A DNA stretch of 64,000 nt from Vicugna vicugna (Eukaryota): NCBI GenBank assembly GCA_013265495.1, contig MU057640.1:310001-374000 (forward strand), written 5' to 3'. A program made the position numbers and the translations under genes. The notes under the pieces were generated by a model. That model had not been told where the DNA came from, made no database searches, and saw only the letters and a list, made by a program, of their open reading frames with translations. This document shows, piece by piece, positions 12,501 through 24,588 of the stretch. Numbering within the stretch: position 1 is the stretch's first letter; each line of letters opens with the position of its first letter.

Positions 12501-15500
12501 ACATTATCTTGCATCTTAGTTATCTTTCTGTATTAGCTCATAATACATACCTCATTCTTTTTAATGCCATTAGTATACTTTTAAAACTTACTAGTTGTCT
12601 TAATTTATGAGGTTCCACCTGGTTAGATTCAAAGGGAACCGAAGTGCTGCTTTTCATGTTCATTATTGAACAGGAAAAGTGATTAATGAGAAAGATTGAG
12701 GAGTTTGTAGAGTGTGTGTGTGTGTGTGTGTGTGAGTGTGTGAGAGTAAGAGAGAAAGAGAGGGAGAGGAAAAGAGAGAGAGGGAGAGGGAGAGGGAGAG
12801 AGAGGGAGGGATTGATTGATTGAGATCGACCTGCTGTCAGTTACTGCTCTAGTGGCTTGCCTGTATGTTTCCCGATTCATCCTGCCGACCTGATCACTCT
12901 TCTTGCCATTCAGCCACATTGTGGTCCAGGCCCCAGTCCCTTTTTCCCAGTTGGGTTATTTCCCACTTCTTGACCTCTCACTCCTTTGCTCAGTTGCCAT
13001 GGTAGCAACAGCCCAGATATCTACCAGCAGAGCATATTCTCACTGGTTAAGTCAGCCTGTTTAAAGAAAAGAGATGCTCAGTCCCTATTGAATAAGGGAA
13101 CTGAATATTGAATTAACTATTGTCTGTATTTACAGTTCTGAATAATTGACAGAACCATTTTAAAGTTGAATTCACACAGGTTTTATGTAATACCTTCTTT
13201 AGCTTCTGATCTCTAAACGTAGAAACTCTGACTTTCCAATTCTGTCACATCAGAAAGCATCTATTAAGTGTTTATAAAGTTACTATAATTTGTTGGGGGG
13301 GGTGGCATCATGGATTATGTAAGAGTCTCCATTTTGAATCAGAAAGTCCACTGCTAGCCCTTGATGACTGGGGCTAACCTTAAAACAGTTTCAACAGAAA
13401 GAGTCATACTGTTGCCAAGGCAACGAAAGTTCAAAATCATCTGGTCTCCAGGCAGTCTTTTCCAGACTGGCCTCAAATGCTTCCCAAGCTTTTTCAGGAA
13501 AGGTCCTTCCCTGCCTCTTACAGCTTTGGGACCCCAGAAGGAGAGCCCAAGAAACCCTGGAATGATGGGAGGTTTGAAATTTTTGAAAGACAAAAGTATA
13601 TCAATTAGGTGGTAGTGTCCACGCTGGAAAGGAACAATCAGGTTATAAAGGAAGGGAGGCAGTATCTCCTTACTCTTGTATCTAAAACACATGAGCATAG
13701 GATTTTTTTTTTTAACAATTACTGTTCTGTTCCCATACTCTTGATTCCTGCAAGTCCTCCTGATGCTTGTCAAGGTCTGATTCATTACTGACTGCCAGCT
13801 CTTCAGTGACTTGTGAGGGAAGTGAGATGCTTACTGTATTACCCAGCATTTGAGAGGATGGGTGACAGCATCTGCAAGTGATGAGGCGGTTGGTCTAGGA
13901 GTTCTCTTTCTGATGTCATAAGAAGTTCCTGTTGCCCTGGCTAATATAAGCCAGCAGTTAATTTGATGACGGAGGGTCTGTGGGGATTTGTCCCATGGGA
14001 ATCAGGTTGTAGCCTGTTTCATGCTAAGCCTTGAGATACTTACAAATGCACCCATTTTTCTGAAGAACTTTCAGAGAAGTGCACCAGGCTGCTTGGGTTT
14101 GGAACAGAAAAAACCTTGTGCTGTCACTGTTACTGGGCTGCAGTTTTGTATGTACTGGAGAGTGGCATGCCTCCTGAATTCAACCCAGCTGTTGAATTCA
14201 TGCTAAATTTGATGTATTTTTCCTAAGGAAAACTAGTCTTTAGGTTATCGTTTCAGTTACCTGTTTAAAAGGAAAAACTCTGGGGCTAAAAATGCTCTTC
14301 TTTGCATTTCCTTATACCTCTTCTGTAGCTTCTACATACCTTAGTTATGTCTTTCTTTTCTTTTCTTTTTTAATGGAGATACTGGGGATTGAACCCAGGA
14401 CCTCATTCATGCTAAGCAAGTGCTCTACTACTGAGCTGTACCCCTCCCCCTTTTCTTTCTTATTTTAACACCTCATTAGATACATAAGCATCTTTTTGCA
14501 ACTCAATATTCACCCACAAATGCAAGAAGCCCTGAAGACCAGTGAGCCATCATGGAAAGAGAAAAGTTCTTATATCTGCTGTGTTACCTGATTAGTGAGT
14601 GAGGGTATCTAAGGAAGAAAAGAAGAGAATTCCCAGCACAAAAAATAAAAATGATACTAATGATGGCAGCTAATGTTTCCTGAACTCTCAATCTATGCCA
14701 GGTGCTCTACATGAGTAACTTCTTTTGATCTGCACGGTGTAATCCATGAAGACCCCTAAGGGGAAGATATTGCTAATCCCCATTTGGTAGATAAGGAAAT
14801 AGAGTCACAGAGTGCGAAGCTGCCAGCTACAAGCTGAAATGATTTTGGGGGCCTCATTTATGCAATTTTTCTTTAGTTTCATACTATATTCTTTTTTTTA
14901 ATATAAAAATAACTTCCTTCCCAAACCTTTTAGTAAACTGATGCATTGAATTAATGCTGTATTTTGCCACCAACTCCCCTCAGAGAGTTATGCATTCTCT
15001 GGGAACTACTGTTTGAGAACTATAGCCTTAAGAATTATCAGTAATTTGGCCAATCAGGGAATAGTTAGCCTTATATTTGAGAGGGCCTGTGGGCCTGGGA
15101 TGCAGCCTGGCGTGGAGGTAGAGCCAAGGTGAGGAGGAGGGAGGGCAGGGGTTGGTGTGTGCATGGGGGCGGGTGCTGGGGCACTTCACTCCAGAGGGCG
15201 TAGTTAAGTACCTGTTAGGACCTTTGCTAGGAGTTAGAGGAGGATATAAAAGTAGGAAATGTCTTTCACAGCGTTTATGAACTAGTCTGGGAGGTAAAAT
15301 ACATGCAGTAGTCTCATAGCTTTGCCTCATCTCCTAATCTCTCAGTACCTGGTTCAGATGTTGAGGACAACAGGTATTCAGAGAAGGCAAAGCCCAGTTT
15401 TCTACAGTGGTTGGGAAGAGCTGAGACCAGAAAATCCCCGAAGGATGGGTCACATTCAAAAGCAGGAGAGAGGAGGATGGTGTAGGCTCGTTTGTAATTC

Positions 15501-18500
15501 TACTTGCCTGGCTTCTCGTTTATGCTCATTTGTATTCTCTCTCAAAATCTCAGTTTTCCCTAAGTTACACTTTACAAAATTATGCCCATGAGAACAGAAC
15601 GTATATATATTATTGTTAGAGCGTTTTTTGGAGTCTAAGTCAAGGGTTGCCACTTGGTTGGCCATCGCTGGCAGATGGTACTTTGTGGGCCTCCGTATTA
15701 TCCTTCAAATCCAGAAGCTGCATTTGTATGCACGTGGGTGGGTCCCACACTCTTAGTTTGATACTTGCTTTGCCACTACTCTTGTCTTACACCTGACCTG
15801 ACTCAACATTGGTAGCACGTGCCCTTGTAAACACTCACGTTTACAACTCAGGGTATTAGACGTCATTAAAAAGAGAAAAGGAATTTTAATAAATAAATTC
15901 TGATTAAACGAAATTCCCTTTAGAGCTTGAGAACGTTAGTTTAAGACCTAATCTGTCCTTTTCCCAAATCTCATCTTAAAATTTCTTTGGCTTTCTGCTA
16001 AAGGAAATAACCTCTTGTCCTTTTGTTTTAGGCTACTGTTCCTTCTTTTCCCCTAAATAGTGCCTGGCTGCCTCAGACTGAGAGATTGAGGGCTAGAAGC
16101 TTGGAATTTTTGAGCATTTAATAACTTTTAAAGCCTGGAAGCCCATTTCTGTTTAATTTGTATAACTTTTCCCAACTGCATATAACTAAGGGCCTGGAGG
16201 GAAAAATTTCAGCCTGAAGAATACTTTCAATATAAAGTATTTTTTTTTATTTAAAAATCTTTATTTATTTTTTGATGGTGGTATTGGGGACTGAACCCAG
16301 GACCTCGTGCATGCCAAGCACGTGAACTACCACTGAGCTATACCTTCCCCACCTCAATGTAAAGTATTGAGCAAAAAAACAGAAGATTAGAAATGGAAGC
16401 TGCCTTTAAACATAAAAATTTCCGTTTGTTTCTGCAAATACTTTTATCTCTCTTCTTAGCATTTATTTTGGCCACTTGCTGTCTTTTAGGTTACTGTAGT
16501 TGATAAAAGGCTGCCAAAAACTATAGTAATTCCTCCATGTTTTTTGGCTGATAACCCTTTTTCTACATTGAGAGAGTTTTGTGGCCTAGTAAATAAACTC
16601 CGAGTGCCTGTGGTTAGAACTGGTGGAGACGCCCAGGAAACTCCCAGCTCACTTCTCAGTTCGGCCTCACTCTGACTCAAAAACGAGCCACCTTCTTGAG
16701 TGTCGGGTTCTTGGTCTCAGCTTCACAAAGATGAATGGGCATTAGTCAATATCTGGTGGTTTTGAATGAAAGACGGGGTGTTGAGGTGATTATAACTTCC
16801 AGGATAACTAGGAGAGAATGGTAAGTTTGTTTGCTTATTATGTCTGACCTCTTGGGAAATGGGCTGGTTCTTTCTGAGGTTTCCTGTGGTGAGGATTGGT
16901 GTAAGTTGGGCCGGGAAGGTTGAGGGTAGGAGCAGAAGTCACTGGGCTCCCTCTTCTAGCTGTGGAGCCTGCGAGAAATAAGCCAGCAGCAAGGGCATCT
17001 TCTAAAGGCCAGCAGTGGGAGGGCCAAAGCCAGGGCTCTCTGTGGAGTTGCTTCACTGTCATCTTCCCTCCTCTGCAGGCGCTGAGCGACCGCTTCAGTG
17101 GTGAGATACCTGATGACCAGATGGCGCACAGCTCCTTTTTTCCAGATGAGTACTTCACCTGCTCCTCCTTGTGCCTCAGCTGTGGGTAAGTGAGGCCAGC
17201 TGTCTCCCCACCTTGGGAAAAGGCACTTAGAACCATGCTGAGTAGACTCCAGTGTGCATGCAGATCACATGGGGTCTGGTTAAATTAGATTGTGATTTAA
17301 GGATGGGGTAGGGCCTGAGATGGTGTATTTCCATCAAATTCCCAGTGATCCTGATTGGAGGTTGCTGGGAATTCCAAGGCATACGGTTATGAAGGATCCC
17401 CTGAAGGTTACAACCTAGTTTACATGTGAAATTGACTGGCTTCTGGTTTGGGTAGTTTTTACCGCAGAAAACGTTAGGTTGCCTGTTTCTCTATGTTGCT
17501 CCTACCAGAGCTTTCAGTTGTAGTCTATTCAGCTAATATTTGATAGCCCAGTGTGTGCAAAGCACTGGGGGAGTTATCAATCCTAGCTGATTCCTTTTAC
17601 CATGAGGGCAAATGCTTGGAGCACATTAGAATTCCAGGGAGTTTCACAATTATCAAGGCCTGGGCCTCACCACCAAGGATCCTTATTTAACAGATCTGGG
17701 GTGGGGCCTCACCATTAGTATACTTCAAAGGCTCATCAGGCAATTCTTATGTGTAGCCTGAGTTAAGTTAGGGCAGTGTTCTTAAACTTTAATCTGTGCG
17801 TGCACCACCTTGGGATTTTGTTAAATGCAGATACTGAATCAGCAGGTCTGGGTGAGATTCTGCATTTCTTTTTTTATTTTTTAAACATTTTTTTTTATTG
17901 AGTTATAGTCATTTTACAATGTTGTAGATTCTGCATTTCTGACAAGCTCCCAGGTGATGCCTGTGCTGCTGGTCCATGGATCACACTTTGTTACAGGGGG
18001 AACAGAGCGATGATTCTCAAATTTCAGCATGCATCAGAAAAACCTGAAGGACATGTTAAAACAGATAGTTGGGCCTAGCATCCCCAGTTTCTGGTTCAGT
18101 AGTTCCAGTTTAGGGCCTGAGAGTTTGCATTTCTGATAAGTTCCCAGGCGATACTGATTTTGCTGGATGGGGACACACTTTGAGGCTCACTGGATTAATT
18201 TGATCCGTTGATGGCTATTAAATCACAGTCAGTGACTTGTCTGATGGAGCTCAGGAGATTTAAATGCAGTGTGTCAGGGTCAGATTGCAGGCTGTCTTGT
18301 AGACACTCCCCAACCCATCTACCTGTTTCGCCAGTGAATTGTCTTTGCTCACATCAGAACTCTGCTCCTGTCCTCCACATTTGCCTACGTAGAGGAGACC
18401 TGAGCCTTTTCTGTTATGAGTGGCTTTTCTGCATTGAACCTTGTGGGCCACCACCTTGGAATTTGGAAAAAGGATTTGGCTCTTGGTTTATACAGTCTGA

Positions 18501-21500
18501 GCAAGGAGAACTAAGGATTATCTTGGAGAGGAAAGAGGGATGTTAGTTGCCGGTGTGACTTACCTTCCTTTGGCCTGCCCCACCAGCCCAGCATGAGAGG
18601 CTTAGGCTCTGTTGGATCATTGCTTTTCCGTTCTAACTGAGCCTCACCAGATTTCCAGAACTTTCCCTTCTATCATAGTGAAATTCTAATGTCCCAATCT
18701 CTGTTTTTGCACTGTCAGGATGGCAGAGCTCACTGTTCATTTGGAAGGTTTTCTGGTTCAGCTTAAGCCTCCTCTTAATGCGTTGCCAAATTTTGAGGGT
18801 TGGTTTTTGTTTTGCATCTTGGCAGCCTGTTCGGGTTAAACTTCCCATTTTGTGCTGTTTGGATTTTTGAGTTCCCTGAGGGCCATTCAGGTTTTATCTC
18901 TTGTCAAGGTAGTGTCTTCTGGCTCCTCCATTCCTACGGAGGGGCCAAGTGGTTTTCCAAGAAGGGATTCCTCCTCTTGCCCTGTCTCCTCGTTCAAGGG
19001 TAACAGTTGCTTTACCTGTGTAGTGCTGTTGACTGCAAGTATAAGAGAGGCATGTAGGTTTCTGAAACAAACTGCCCTCTCTCCGCTCAGTATTCAGGGC
19101 GCAGTTAGTAACGGAGGTCTGGTTTTGGCCCTGCATCTGGCTCAGGGTCAGACTCTTCTGTGTAAGTGGCACTGGGTCCTCTGGCTGCCTCATTGTCAGC
19201 TTTTGGGCTTCCCTTAGGGCTGGATGTAAGAACAGCATGAATCACGGGAAAGAAGGAGTACCTCATGAAGCCAAGAGCCGCTGCAGATACTCCCACCAGT
19301 ATGACAACCGCGTTTATACCTGCAAGGTGAGTCCGCCCCGCTTCTCCAGCAGCTGGCTTGCTGGTCACACTCTCCTTTTGGAAAGACTGGCTTGGGACCA
19401 CGCTTTGCTGACTCCCAAAGTATTTGAAATCAAATTGAGTATCTCTGGAATTTCTTTCCAGCTCTGCCCAAAAGAACTCATATATGTCTGTTGCCAGGGC
19501 CCCTTGGTTTGTTCTTTTAAGCTTATGTTCCCCTTACTCTATTGAGCTTGTATACAAGGGTCATTGACATTGACTATTCATTCTTGAGAGCAGAAATGCT
19601 CTTCAGGAACCCAGTTTTGATGGATTTCTCCTGTCTGTGACAGGGATATGATTTATAGCTCGGTTTTGGGGCCCAGGATGGGTGTACATTCAGCTCCTAA
19701 TCATCCAGGGTGCTGATTTTAGAGAAATAAACTTTCTACTGATGTGCTAAACTCGGGTCTGTAAACCCTCAGCTGGTGTGGTCTGCGGGGAGTGGGCCTA
19801 GACAGGGATGTGGAGAGGCCAGGGCGCCTGGTGTTCGGAGAAGCAGCTGGCAGACTGCTCCATGTTTCAGGCCTGCTATGAGAGAGGCAATGAAGTCAGC
19901 GTGGTGCCCAAGACGGCTGCTTCCACCGACTCCCCCTGGATGGGTCTTGCAAAATATGCCTGGTCTGGGTGAGTTCCAAGGACTGGTTGTTTGGTGTGTT
20001 TGTCTCCCCAGACACCTGGTGGGGTTACAGCATCTGTTTATCTTCCTTGTAGGTATGTGATTGAATGTCCCAACTGCGGTGTGGTCTACCGTAGCCGGCA
20101 GTACTGGTTTGGGAACCAAGATCCCGTGGATACGGTGGTGCGGACAGAGATTGTGCACGTGTGGCCTGGAGTAAGAGCTGTTTTGTTTTTCTTCTTTCTC
20201 TTGTCCAGTTGTTCCTGTATGTGGAAAAGTGGGACCTGTTTACAGTTTAGCTTAACCATGAATTTCAGTATATTGGTGATTTAGGAAGGCATGATCTTGG
20301 AGAGCCTTTCTTGTTCTTTATCTTCACTCTTTATCTTTCTTGCATAAATATTAGAAGCACAGCTTTAAATAAAATAAACTAAAAATTGATCTATAGTTAC
20401 ACTGCCTTAGCAAATAAAACTTGACTTTTTCATCTTCTCCTCACTCATTTTCCATATGCATGTGCTTGTATAGATACAGTTATAACTATGTGCCACTTAA
20501 CTGCATTTTTCTCATACCACAGTTTTGTTTTCACATTGCTTTCACTTTTCTTGATTCTCATTTGTAATCACTGTGTAATATTCTGTCTCATGTTATAGTT
20601 TGATTCCCCAGCCGCCCCCCCTTTTTTAACATTCATGCTGTTTATAATTTTTTTTTTTAAATTTTCAAAGAAATTGCTGTAGTGACCATCTTCACGTACG
20701 AAAGCCTTTTCTTTATTTTGGAGTATATTCTTCTTGATGTATAGTCTAAGAAGTGGAATTACTATAGACCTTTACTATTTTTAAATTTGATTTTTGAATT
20801 CAAGATGTTGGAAAAACAAATCTGTTTATGAGGCAGTGATACAGTGCTTTCATTCTGCATTAAACCACAGTTCACTTAGAATTACCCATAAATCACAACA
20901 CATCCAAAACCTTTTTCCCTTTATGGGAAAAAGATAAGCGACTTTCTCTAGGGGACTTATTTTCCTTGGTGTTCCCCTTCCTGGGTGATTCCTAAAGGTA
21001 CGGGGCAGCCTGACGGGCTTCCTGGTCTGTCCGCATTTTTCTGTGCCGGGGAAATTTGTAGCTCTGAGTTGGCCATGATGAGTGTACAACTCACCCGAGA
21101 CCCCTCTCCTTCCTTTCACTCCCTTTGCTCAGAGCATGATGGGAGCCTGCATTTTCATTTCAGACCGATGGATTTCTCAAGGACAACAACAATGCTGCCC
21201 AGCGCCTCTTGGACGGGATGAACTTCATGGCTCAGTCGGTGTCTGAGTTTAGCCTTGGGCCCACCAAAGCTGTGACGTCCTGGCTGACAGACCAGATCGC
21301 CCCTGCCTACTGGAGGCCCAACTCCCAGATCCTGGTATGGTGTGATGGGGTGCCCTGCGTCCCTGGCACGGCCCCTTCTGCTCGTGCTGCTTCGCCCTCT
21401 CCTAAGCTTGTGCTGTGAGGGGGGCTTGGAATTTCTCTCCCAGTCAGATTAGCTCCCAGAGTATTGGAAAGGGTGAGCTACCCTGAGGCAGCCAGTGTCC

Positions 21501-24500
21501 TCTGTGCTCACTGATTTCCCTTTGTGTTACTACACAAGTATTTTCTTTGTGGTGATTTTAGTTTCCCTCCCGGCAAGGGCCAGTTATTATTGGTCAGATG
21601 TCTGAGGTCATACATGCAGAATCTGGACAAAAAGGGGCCTTTAGAGGTCATTAGGGTCATCTTCAGCTTACTCATAGCACGCACAGCAAGGGAGCACCCA
21701 GCTTTGACCCAAACACTTGTGATAGGAAACTCGTTCCTCATCACCCCCCCAGAGGTTCTTTTGGGAAGCTGTGAAAGAAAATGAATTCTCATTGCTCTTT
21801 TGGCTGGAATTAGCATAGTCCCTTCTGAGAACGCTGTGACTCAGCCAGATAAGTTTGAGGTACCTTTCCAGGCACTTCCTGAAAGACAATGTTAATGACA
21901 GTTGTGCTTCAGGAGGGGCATTCTGTGTGGCTGGAGGCCTTAGGTTCCCTCTGTTGCACCCTCTGGGGTCCTGCCATTGTGAGATGCTTCTGTGGGCCTC
22001 CCCTGGTCTTGCTGACTGTCTCAGCTGAGCAGACGTGAATGATACCTGCCTCTCTGTTATTTTGGGCTTGGAACAGAGCTGCAACAAGTGCGCTACATCC
22101 TTTAAAGACAACGACACGAAGCATCACTGCCGGGCCTGTGGGGAGGGCTTCTGTGACAGCTGTTCGTCCAAGACCCGGCCAGTGCCCGAGCGGGGCTGGG
22201 GCCCTGCACCCGTGCGGGTGTGTGACAACTGCTATGAAGCCAGGAATGTCCAGTTAGGTAACGTGGGGCCCGGGAGCTGCATGGGTGGAGGGGGATCCTC
22301 TCTCCGTGGCATTGGGTTTTGGGAACTGGACTCCCCCATGCCCAACCCTGTCCTTCCCCGCATCAGTCTTCTGAGAGCAGTTGCTCCCCCGGTCTTGACC
22401 AGTCTTCCTCTAAGTTCCTTGTTAACAGAGTCCTGGGGGTGCTGTTCCTTGGTAGGAGTAGGGTGTGGGGATGGTTAAACCCGTCCTGTGTTTACCACAG
22501 GCTTAGACTGCATCTTCTCCCTGGAGGAGGTTCTAGGTCATGGTCCTAGAACATTTTTGGCTCACTTTGAAGGAAGGATATAAAGAAGCCCCAGAGGGTT
22601 GAAGTAAAGGACTAACGGATGTCACTGGTTGTGGTGTCTGGACTGACCCCCCACAGCCCAGACCCTCGCCATCACTGCAGAACAGCACAGTGGGAGAAGC
22701 GTCCAGAATGCTCTGCTGCTGCCCCCGAGCTTCCCGTCTGGGAAATGACTGAGAGGAGATGGCTGTTCCTTTCTCCTTGTCTGCAGATGTTACTGAGGCC
22801 CAGGCGGACGACGAAGGTGGGACGCTGATTGCTCGGAAGGTGGGCGAGGCCGTGCAGAACACTTTGGGAGCCGTGGTGACAGCCATTGACATACCACTAG
22901 GTGGGCCTGGCCTGGCAGTGCTTCTTTTGGGTGCGGTGTGTGTGGGTTGAGGGCTTTTACAGGGCCCTGGGCTGTCATTTTGTCAAAGGCTTGCTGACCT
23001 AGGTTGAGTTGGGCAGCAAGGAGGTGACTGAAAGTTTACATTTGTCGGCTTCTTCTGCTAATACCTTCGTGGTTTCATGTCTATTCCTGGGGGCCATCCT
23101 CTGATACCACCTACTGCTGCGTAACAAGCTGCCTGCAAATGTAAAGGCTTAAAACAACCCCTCATTTTATCATGTGTCACGGGAAGGGTAATTGTTCTGC
23201 TTTAGGAGGCGCTGCCTGGAGTCACTGCCTGATTTTCCATCAGGGCAGCTGGACTGGTCTCACTGTCATGCTGGGTGCCTTGGCAGGGTGCCTGGAAGGC
23301 TGGGCCCAGTGGGGACCCTCCCCTCCTCACCCACTGTATTCTCCAGGCCTCTCCACGTGGTTTTCCGGCAGTAGGGGGCTTCTTACATGGTGGCTCAGGG
23401 CTCTCGGAGACGGGCCTTGGCCTGGAAACTAGCTCTCGTACCTCAGCCTCCGACAGTCACGGAGCCTGCGTAGGTTCGGCAGAGAGGCAGGTATCAAAGA
23501 CTTTGTGGCTGTCTTTACTCTGCCATACCTGCCAAGCTCTTATTCATTTAAGGATTTAAGAGAGCTGCCCCCCTCTGGTTGTGAGGGGGTACTTGTAACC
23601 AGGATGGGAAGAGGGAGAAGGGAGACCCCACAGCGTGCGGAGGGCTTAGGCAGTGTTGGCCGGGCCCGGGGTATTTCAGCCCGTTGTCGGGGAGAGACCA
23701 AGGGCTTCTGGGTGGCTGTGATAAAAACTGCTTGGATCATCACTGTAGCTCACAGAATGAGCTGATGATGAGCTTTTGACTCTAGAGTGCAGGGATAGGT
23801 GGATTCGCCCAGGTTTGATGCCCAGAGGCAACTGGGAGAGGCAGGAGCCCTGCCAGTGCTGCTCACGGGTGCTCACTCGCTGGCTGTCAGGTCCCAGTGT
23901 GTCAGACACATTACTTCTTGTAATCCTGTAACCACTTTTGAAGGTGGGTTGTTAAAGATGAGTAAACCAAGGCCCGGAGAAGTTAAGAAACCTCTCTTAA
24001 TCCCGTAGCTACTAACTCAAGCTCAGTGGAACTGGGATGAAGATAAGTCCTGACTCCGGAGACCAGACGTCTTTGTCGTTACTCCAGTGGTTTTAATCCA
24101 GCTGCCCTTCAGGATCACCTGGAGAGCTTCATATACAAATGTCAGTGCCTAGGCCCCAGCCCCAGAGGCCCTGACCTGGGCGGAAGGGCTGAAGGTCGGG
24201 CGTCTGCACGTTTAAAAGCTCCATAGGGGATTCTGTGTGCAGTTAGACTGGGAGCCAATGAACGAAGTGTCTGAGGATGGCTTCTTGCCTGGTGGGACTC
24301 GGGGTGTTGGGTTCTGCATGTCCCCCCCGCCATCGTGGTTCCTTCCCTGCTGCAGGTCTGGTGAAGGACGCAGCCAGGCCGGCGTACTGGGTACCCGACC
24401 ACGAGATCCTGCACTGTCACAACTGCCGGAAGGAGTTCAGCGTCAAGCTTTCCAAGCACCACTGCCGGGCCTGCGGGCAGGGCTTCTGTGACGAGTGTTC

Positions 24501-24588
24501 CCATGACCGCCGGGCTGTCCCCTCTCGAGGCTGGGACCATCCTGTCCGAGTCTGCTTTAACTGCAATAAAAAGCCTGGTGACCTTTAA
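3069..24588 (+). CDS. ZFYVE1: ZFYVE1/DFCP1 (double FYVE-containing protein 1), partial spliced CDS: join(3069..3573,7542..7756,17079..17185,19218..19326,19871..19968,20053..20170,21164..21334,22077..22257,22787..22900,24356..24588); first coding exon lies upstream of the window
   Basis: Exon lengths sum to 1851 nt = 616 aa plus TAA, all introns GT-AG with consistent phases; P-loop GNTGDGKS, DTEG, two FYVE domains, C-terminus NKKPGDL as in mammalian DFCP1. Confidence 0.97.
4690..5385 (+). mobile_element. L2 3' fragment
   Basis: Ends cacatagtagg..ctc..atgtttgctgagtgaa; tagatcatgtca..ctcc motif. Confidence 0.6.
7542..7756 (+). CDS. ZFYVE1: ZFYVE1 exon (DHPSEVPEKL...IFKALK)
   Basis: tttgtccag acceptor, AAG|gtcagt donor, 215 nt, phase 1 to 0. 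Confidence 0.95.
8498..8844 (+). mobile_element. MaLR solo LTR (MLT1A/B-like) inserted in a MIR
   Basis: gttgaaatcctaa, gtgaggacacag, ctggcaccctgatcttggacttccagcct..agaactgtgag, tgtggtatt..gttacagcagcc. Confidence 0.85.
9280..9569 (-). mobile_element. Young 5'-truncated lineage-specific L1 3' end with perfect 15-bp TSD
   Basis: ctggccagtgtcctt at 9265-9279 and 9570-9584; T-run at the left end; ctggcaaccacaagtttg L1 3' UTR motif. Confidence 0.85.
10380..10496 (-). mobile_element. tRNA-derived SINE (camelid Vic-1-like)
   Basis: ggggattgaacccaggacc..ctgagctat; flanking tccac(c/t)tattttt repeat. Confidence 0.8.
11320..11502 (-). mobile_element. tRNA-derived SINE with an internal 26-bp tandem duplication
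   Basis: gaggaggtactggggattgaactcag twice; ends gagctataccctcccc. Confidence 0.85.
12712..12822. repeat. Compound (TG)n / (GA)-rich / (GATT)3 simple repeat
   Basis: Directly visible. Confidence 0.9.
14350..14450 (-). mobile_element. tRNA-derived SINE
   Basis: actggggattgaacccaggacctc..ctactgagctgtacccctcccc. Confidence 0.8.
16242..16353 (-). mobile_element. tRNA-derived SINE with 15-bp TSD
   Basis: TSD tcaat(a/g)taaagtatt at 16227-16241 and 16354-16368. Confidence 0.85.
17079..17185 (+). CDS. ZFYVE1: ZFYVE1 exon (ALSDRFSGEIPDDQMAH...LCLSCG)
   Basis: ctctgcag acceptor, GG|gtaagt donor, 107 nt. Confidence 0.95.
17260..18193. mobile_element. Cluster of about four MER5A/MER5B-like hAT MITEs
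   Basis: Repeated ggggcctgag..tgcatttct..caagctcccaggtgat..cacactttg motifs at about 17265, 17620, 17775 and 18006. Confidence 0.75.
17870..17925 (-). mobile_element. Ultra-short (56 nt) L1 tail insertion with perfect 15-bp TSD inside a MER5A
   Basis: agattctgcatttct at 17855-17869 and 17926-17940; insert matches the start of the 9280 element (attgagttatagtca.tttacaatgttgt). Confidence 0.85.
19218..19326 (+). CDS. ZFYVE1: ZFYVE1 exon (AGCKNSMNHG...RVYTCK)
   Basis: cccttag acceptor, AAG|gtgagt donor, 109 nt. Confidence 0.95.
19871..19968 (+). CDS. ZFYVE1: ZFYVE1 exon (ACYERGNEV...KYAWSG)
   Basis: tttcag acceptor, GG|gtgagt donor, 98 nt. Confidence 0.95.
20053..20170 (+). CDS. ZFYVE1: ZFYVE1 exon (YVIECPNCG...VHVWPG)
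   Basis: ccttgtag acceptor, GGA|gtaaga donor, 118 nt; preceded by an 84-nt intron. Confidence 0.95.
21164..21334 (+). CDS. ZFYVE1: ZFYVE1 exon (TDGFLKDNNN...WRPNSQIL)
   Basis: tttcag acceptor, CTG|gtatgg donor, 171 nt. Confidence 0.95.
22077..22257 (+). CDS. ZFYVE1: ZFYVE1 exon, FYVE domain 1 (SCNKC...KHHCRAC...RVCDNC)
   Basis: aacag acceptor, G|gtaacg donor; 8-Cys FYVE pattern. Confidence 0.96.
22787..22900 (+). CDS. ZFYVE1: ZFYVE1 exon, inter-FYVE linker (DVTEAQ...IDIPL)
   Basis: ctgcag acceptor, G|gtgggc donor, 114 nt. Confidence 0.94.
23085..23440 (-). mobile_element. Old MaLR LTR (MLT1I/J/K-like)
   Basis: tgctgcgtaacaa..ggcttaaaacaac, cttcttacatggtggctcagggctc. Confidence 0.65.
24085..24257. 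mobile_element. MER5-like MITE
   Basis: cagtggttttaa..atcacctggagagctt..tttaaaagctcc..gattct..gggagcca. Confidence 0.6.
24356..24588 (+). CDS. ZFYVE1: ZFYVE1 last coding exon, FYVE domain 2, stop TAA
   Basis: WVPD, KHHCRAC and RVC motifs; TAA at 24586-24588. Confidence 0.97.

Noticed and set aside
19969..20052. 84-nt intron, length divisible by 3, possible in-frame retention
   Set aside because: Retention gives GGG TGA immediately, so no extended protein
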